Below are positions 61,192 through 64,000 of a stretch of DNA of 64,000 nucleotides, in pieces. The position numbers and the translations under genes were made by a program. The stretch's first letter is position 1, and every line of letters starts with the position of its first letter. The stretch comes from an uncultured Acidobacteriota bacterium (GTDB lineage: Bacteria; Acidobacteriota; Thermoanaerobaculia; Multivoradales; UBA5704): positions 832,001-896,000 of the forward strand of contig OY969474.1 in assembly GCA_963700145.1 (NCBI GenBank), written 5' to 3'. A model generated the notes under the pieces. It had not been told where the DNA came from. It ran no database searches and saw nothing but the letters and a program-made list of their open reading frames with translations.

Positions 61192-62283
61192 TCAGTCCTT
61201 GTTCCCCCAGACGCCGTCGCCCTCGCAGGCGGCGGCGGTGCGCAGGAAGCGGAACGTGCCGCTGCCGCGCAGGGGCTTGCCGCGTGCGACCTTTTCGAGC
61301 CGGCCTTCCCAGGTCACGCTCTCCGCGCCGTCGCCCGCCGTGCCGCGGACCTCGCCCGAGGCGTCGAGCTTCCCGGTCAGGGGCAGCGCGCCGAAGAAGC
61401 CGGACAGGCTGCCGTCGGCGTGCCGGAAGAGCTGCACGCGTCCCGAGACGGTCATCGGCTCGAAGGCCTCCGGCGAGCTCGACTGGCAGTGCATCTGCCA
61501 GATGCCCAGCAGGCGGTCGGGGGGCGCCTCGAGACGCGTCCAGCGCACCAGCTCGCCGCCGCCGGCGAGGGCCACCCGCACGAGCAGGTGCTGATCGACC
61601 TGCCATTGACCGATGTCGTGCGCGAAGAGGTCGAGGACCACCGGCCCGGCGAAGCGGCCGAGCAGCGGCGCGGCCGCCGCGTTGAGCCGGCGCCCGTCCT
61701 GCTTCGCGGCGAGGAACGGGTCGGCGCCGAAGCGCGTGCTCCAGACCAGGTCGTCGGCCGGGATCCCCTGCTCGTCGCTCATCTGCAGGGTGACCGCGAC
61801 GACGTCCTGCGCGGTCTTCGGGTGCAGGGACAGCCGCAAGCGATGATCGGGCGCGCCGTCCGGACCTCCACCCTGCCGCCCCACCTCGTCCGCGTCCCAG
61901 CCCAGCCACTGCAAGGAGAACGACGGCACCGCCGGTTGCTTCGGCTTGCCGCCCTTGACGGCGGAGATGCAGCACGTCCTCTCCACCGGCGCCGGCACCG
62001 CGCTCTTGAGCCGGCACTGAGCCTTCGCGCCCTCGACCCCCGGCTTCACGTAGGTATAAGCCCGGCAGCGCGGCTGGCTCTCGCAAGCGTCGCGGCAGAG
62101 CTCGTGCGACTGGAAGTCGCCAGTCTGCTCGAACGTCTCGTAGTCCGCACCCGGCCGGTCGAAACCGTCCTCCTGGGTGTAGCGGTTGGGAGAGGCGGCC
62201 GCAGGCGAGGCCAGCCACGAGAAGGCCAGCGCCACGGCGATGCGAGCGATGGCAGACGGGCGTTGCTGCCCTCTCTTCGGCAT
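61192..62283 (-). CDS. Exported PAN/Apple domain protein
   Basis: Signal peptide; DRPGADY...CRDACESQPRCRAYTYV...CRLK...CCISAVK; GAGGAGG RBS. Confidence 0.8.
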   Translation of the reverse strand: MPKRGQQRPSAIARIAVALAFSWLASPAAASPNRYTQEDGFDRPGADYETFEQTGDFQSHELCRDACESQPRCRAYTYVKPGVEGAKAQCRLKSAVPAPVERTCCISAVKGGKPKQPAVPSFSLQWLGWDADEVGRQGGGPDGAPDHRLRLSLHPKTAQDVVAVTLQMSDEQGIPADDLVWSTRFGADPFLAAKQDGRRLNAAAAPLLGRFAGPVVLDLFAHDIGQWQVDQHLLVRVALAGGGELVRWTRLEAPPDRLLGIWQMHCQSSSPEAFEPMTVSGRVQLFRHADGSLSGFFGALPLTGKLDASGEVRGTAGDGAESVTWEGRLEKVARGKPLRGSGTFRFLRTAAACEGDGVWGNKD

Positions 62284-62800
62284 GCACAGCCTCCTCGCGC
62301 TGCCCGCGCCGTTCGTACTTGGATAGCGGCGGCACGTTGGGCGGGCTTACCGGCCTCCGGGACAGGCCGCCTCGACGTCACGGCGGTTTCCCCCGGTGCG
62401 GATTTCGCATTACGCGAAGTCAAGCAGTTAGATCGTACACCCAGGCAGGACATGCACCATATTTCACGCCGGGCCCTCGGCCAGGCGAGCCCGCTAGTCT
62501 CGAGGTCTTCCCTTCCCGCCAAGGCCGCCGGTGTGTTCGTGCGCATCGCCACCGAAACCGCCATGTTACGCTCGGCGCCGTGGACCGGGCCCGGCTTTGC
62601 GCTCGCGGCAGCGGGCCGAGCGGCCTGGCTGGCATGTTCGCCCAGCATCAACCGGTTGAACGCGCACGGACCCGCTCTGGTGGCGGAAGCGCGACCGGGT
62701 GGGGTGGGCAGCCGTCTCCTGGCTGCATCGTTGACAAGCTTCCCGACTTAGACGACGCTTTCAGCAACGACGTCCAAGGCGGAAGAAGGAGGAACGGATC

Positions 62801-63358
62801 ATGCCCGAGGCCAGACGGACAGTGCGGACGCGGACAGTATCGAGCCGCTACTACGGTGCGCCTTACGGAAACTACGGATACGAATCCGCGGTCGGCGGGT
62901 TCTTCCGCGCGGCCGCGTACGCGGTGGCAGAGATCCTTGTCGGCAAGTCACGTGTGGCTGGCAAACTGCTCGTCGACGCCTCCGATTCGCTCTTCGGAAG
63001 GCGGTATATCGGGGTCGATTACGAGTATGACGAGGAGTTCGCTGAGCCCGACGTCGAGGGCGCGCCTAGAGAGTCTGCCGAATCGATCGACGATGAGGAA
63101 GAAGACGTGCGGGTCGTGGATGGCAGCCTCTGCGACAGCTTCGACCGAGCGTTCGTTGAGGGCTCCCGCGTGTTCAGCCGATCTGCGCAGCGGTTTGCCG
63201 ATGAGCTGGACGCGGAGCGGGCCGACCGCCGACGACGTCGCCGAGTCCGCGTCGTTCGTGAGGGCGTGCAGCGCACGCGCGTGCAGCGCGAAGAAACGGT
63301 GAAGACGGAGTCGAAGACAACGCCTAGGCAGAGCGGAACGCCCGAGCAGCCGAAGTAG
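62801..63358 (+). CDS. Hypothetical protein (185 aa, acidic and Arg-rich blocks)
   Basis: Strong AGGAGG RBS with ATG; no recognised motif. Confidence 0.55.
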   Translation: MPEARRTVRTRTVSSRYYGAPYGNYGYESAVGGFFRAAAYAVAEILVGKSRVAGKLLVDASDSLFGRRYIGVDYEYDEEFAEPDVEGAPRESAESIDDEEEDVRVVDGSLCDSFDRAFVEGSRVFSRSAQRFADELDAERADRRRRRRVRVVREGVQRTRVQREETVKTESKTTPRQSGTPEQPK

Positions 63359-63457
63359 CGCCCTCTGCGCGCGAGCGACAGCTCGTCGATCCCACCGTCG
63401 AGCCTGCCCGCTTCTTCGTGCGGATCGGCTTTGTGCGGGTTGGTCAAGGGGTAATCG

Positions 63458-64000
63458 GTGAAACTGTTGGTTCTTGGAGCAACCGGTTTGATGGGCCAGC
63501 ACGTCATACGAATGGCCCGGAGTGAACACGCAGTTTCGGCCTTCCTCCGAGATCCAGCGAGGGCGAACTTCTCGTCCGACGTCCAAATCATCCAAGGTGA
63601 TGCGTTTCGACCCGACACCATCCTGGCTGCGGTGCCCGGCCACGACGCGGTGATCTCCTGCCTGGGCGGCAAGCCCTTCAGGAGTTTTGGCCCGAAGGGA
63701 AAGCCAGGGGCGGCCGCTGCGCCGCCGCTAGTGGAGACGATGATGGTGGCGGGCATATGCCGTCTGATCGTTGTATCCGCGATGGGCGCCGTCGATCGCA
63801 GCGCGGTGACGCCCGTATTCCGGCTGGCCATCACCACAATCCTCCGCGGTATCTACGCTGACAAGGACGCAATGGAGCCGATCATCACGGCTTCGGCCCT
63901 GGACTGGACCATCGTTCGCGCGGCGAACTTAAATAACAAACCCGAGGGGCCGGTGGACGACGCTCCACGGCTCCCTCTTGGCATGAGATCTTTCGTGCCT
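63458..64000 (+). CDS. NAD(P)H-binding SDR / flavin reductase-like protein, truncated by the window end
   Basis: GTG start: MKLLVLGATGLMG...GDA...GHDAVISCLG...RLIVVSAMG...YADK..ME...LDWTIVR. Absent from the ORF track because its stop lies outside the window. Confidence 0.85.
   Translation, partial: MKLLVLGATGLMGQHVIRMARSEHAVSAFLRDPARANFSSDVQIIQGDAFRPDTILAAVPGHDAVISCLGGKPFRSFGPKGKPGAAAAPPLVETMMVAGICRLIVVSAMGAVDRSAVTPVFRLAITTILRGIYADKDAMEPIITASALDWTIVRAANLNNKPEGPVDDAPRLPLGMRSFVP

Overview
High-GC (about 70% by eye) bacterial chromosomal window. An ADOP-type permease, an Oar-like TonB-dependent receptor and many secreted proteases suggest Acidobacteriota (inference). It contains: (i) secreted hydrolases (two zinc metalloproteases, an S8 protease, a Tat amidase); (ii) a dispersed putative N-heterocycle catabolic set (molybdenum hydroxylase L/M/S subunits split by about 18 kb, cyclase, amidase, FdrA + YlbE-like, NCS1 transporter, nitrilase); (iii) a KaiC-like ATPase with a hybrid histidine kinase; (iv) two toxin-antitoxin pairs; (v) the conserved IHF-MerR-tRNA-Pro(GGG) locus; (vi) accessory or defence-like genes: two lower-GC NTPases and a translationally coupled lipase + caspase-STAND-TPR pair, downstream of two giant uncharacterised proteins. 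The strongest signal missed by the ORF track is two exported proteins, a DsbA-like oxidoreductase (U-P-Y-C) and an outer-membrane beta-barrel (Q-G-U-V-A). Each has an in-frame TGA at a probable Cys position, followed by a SECIS-like hairpin sharing the motif GCGCCCGUG, so both are probable selenoproteins. All family assignments come from motif recognition by eye; no searches were run.
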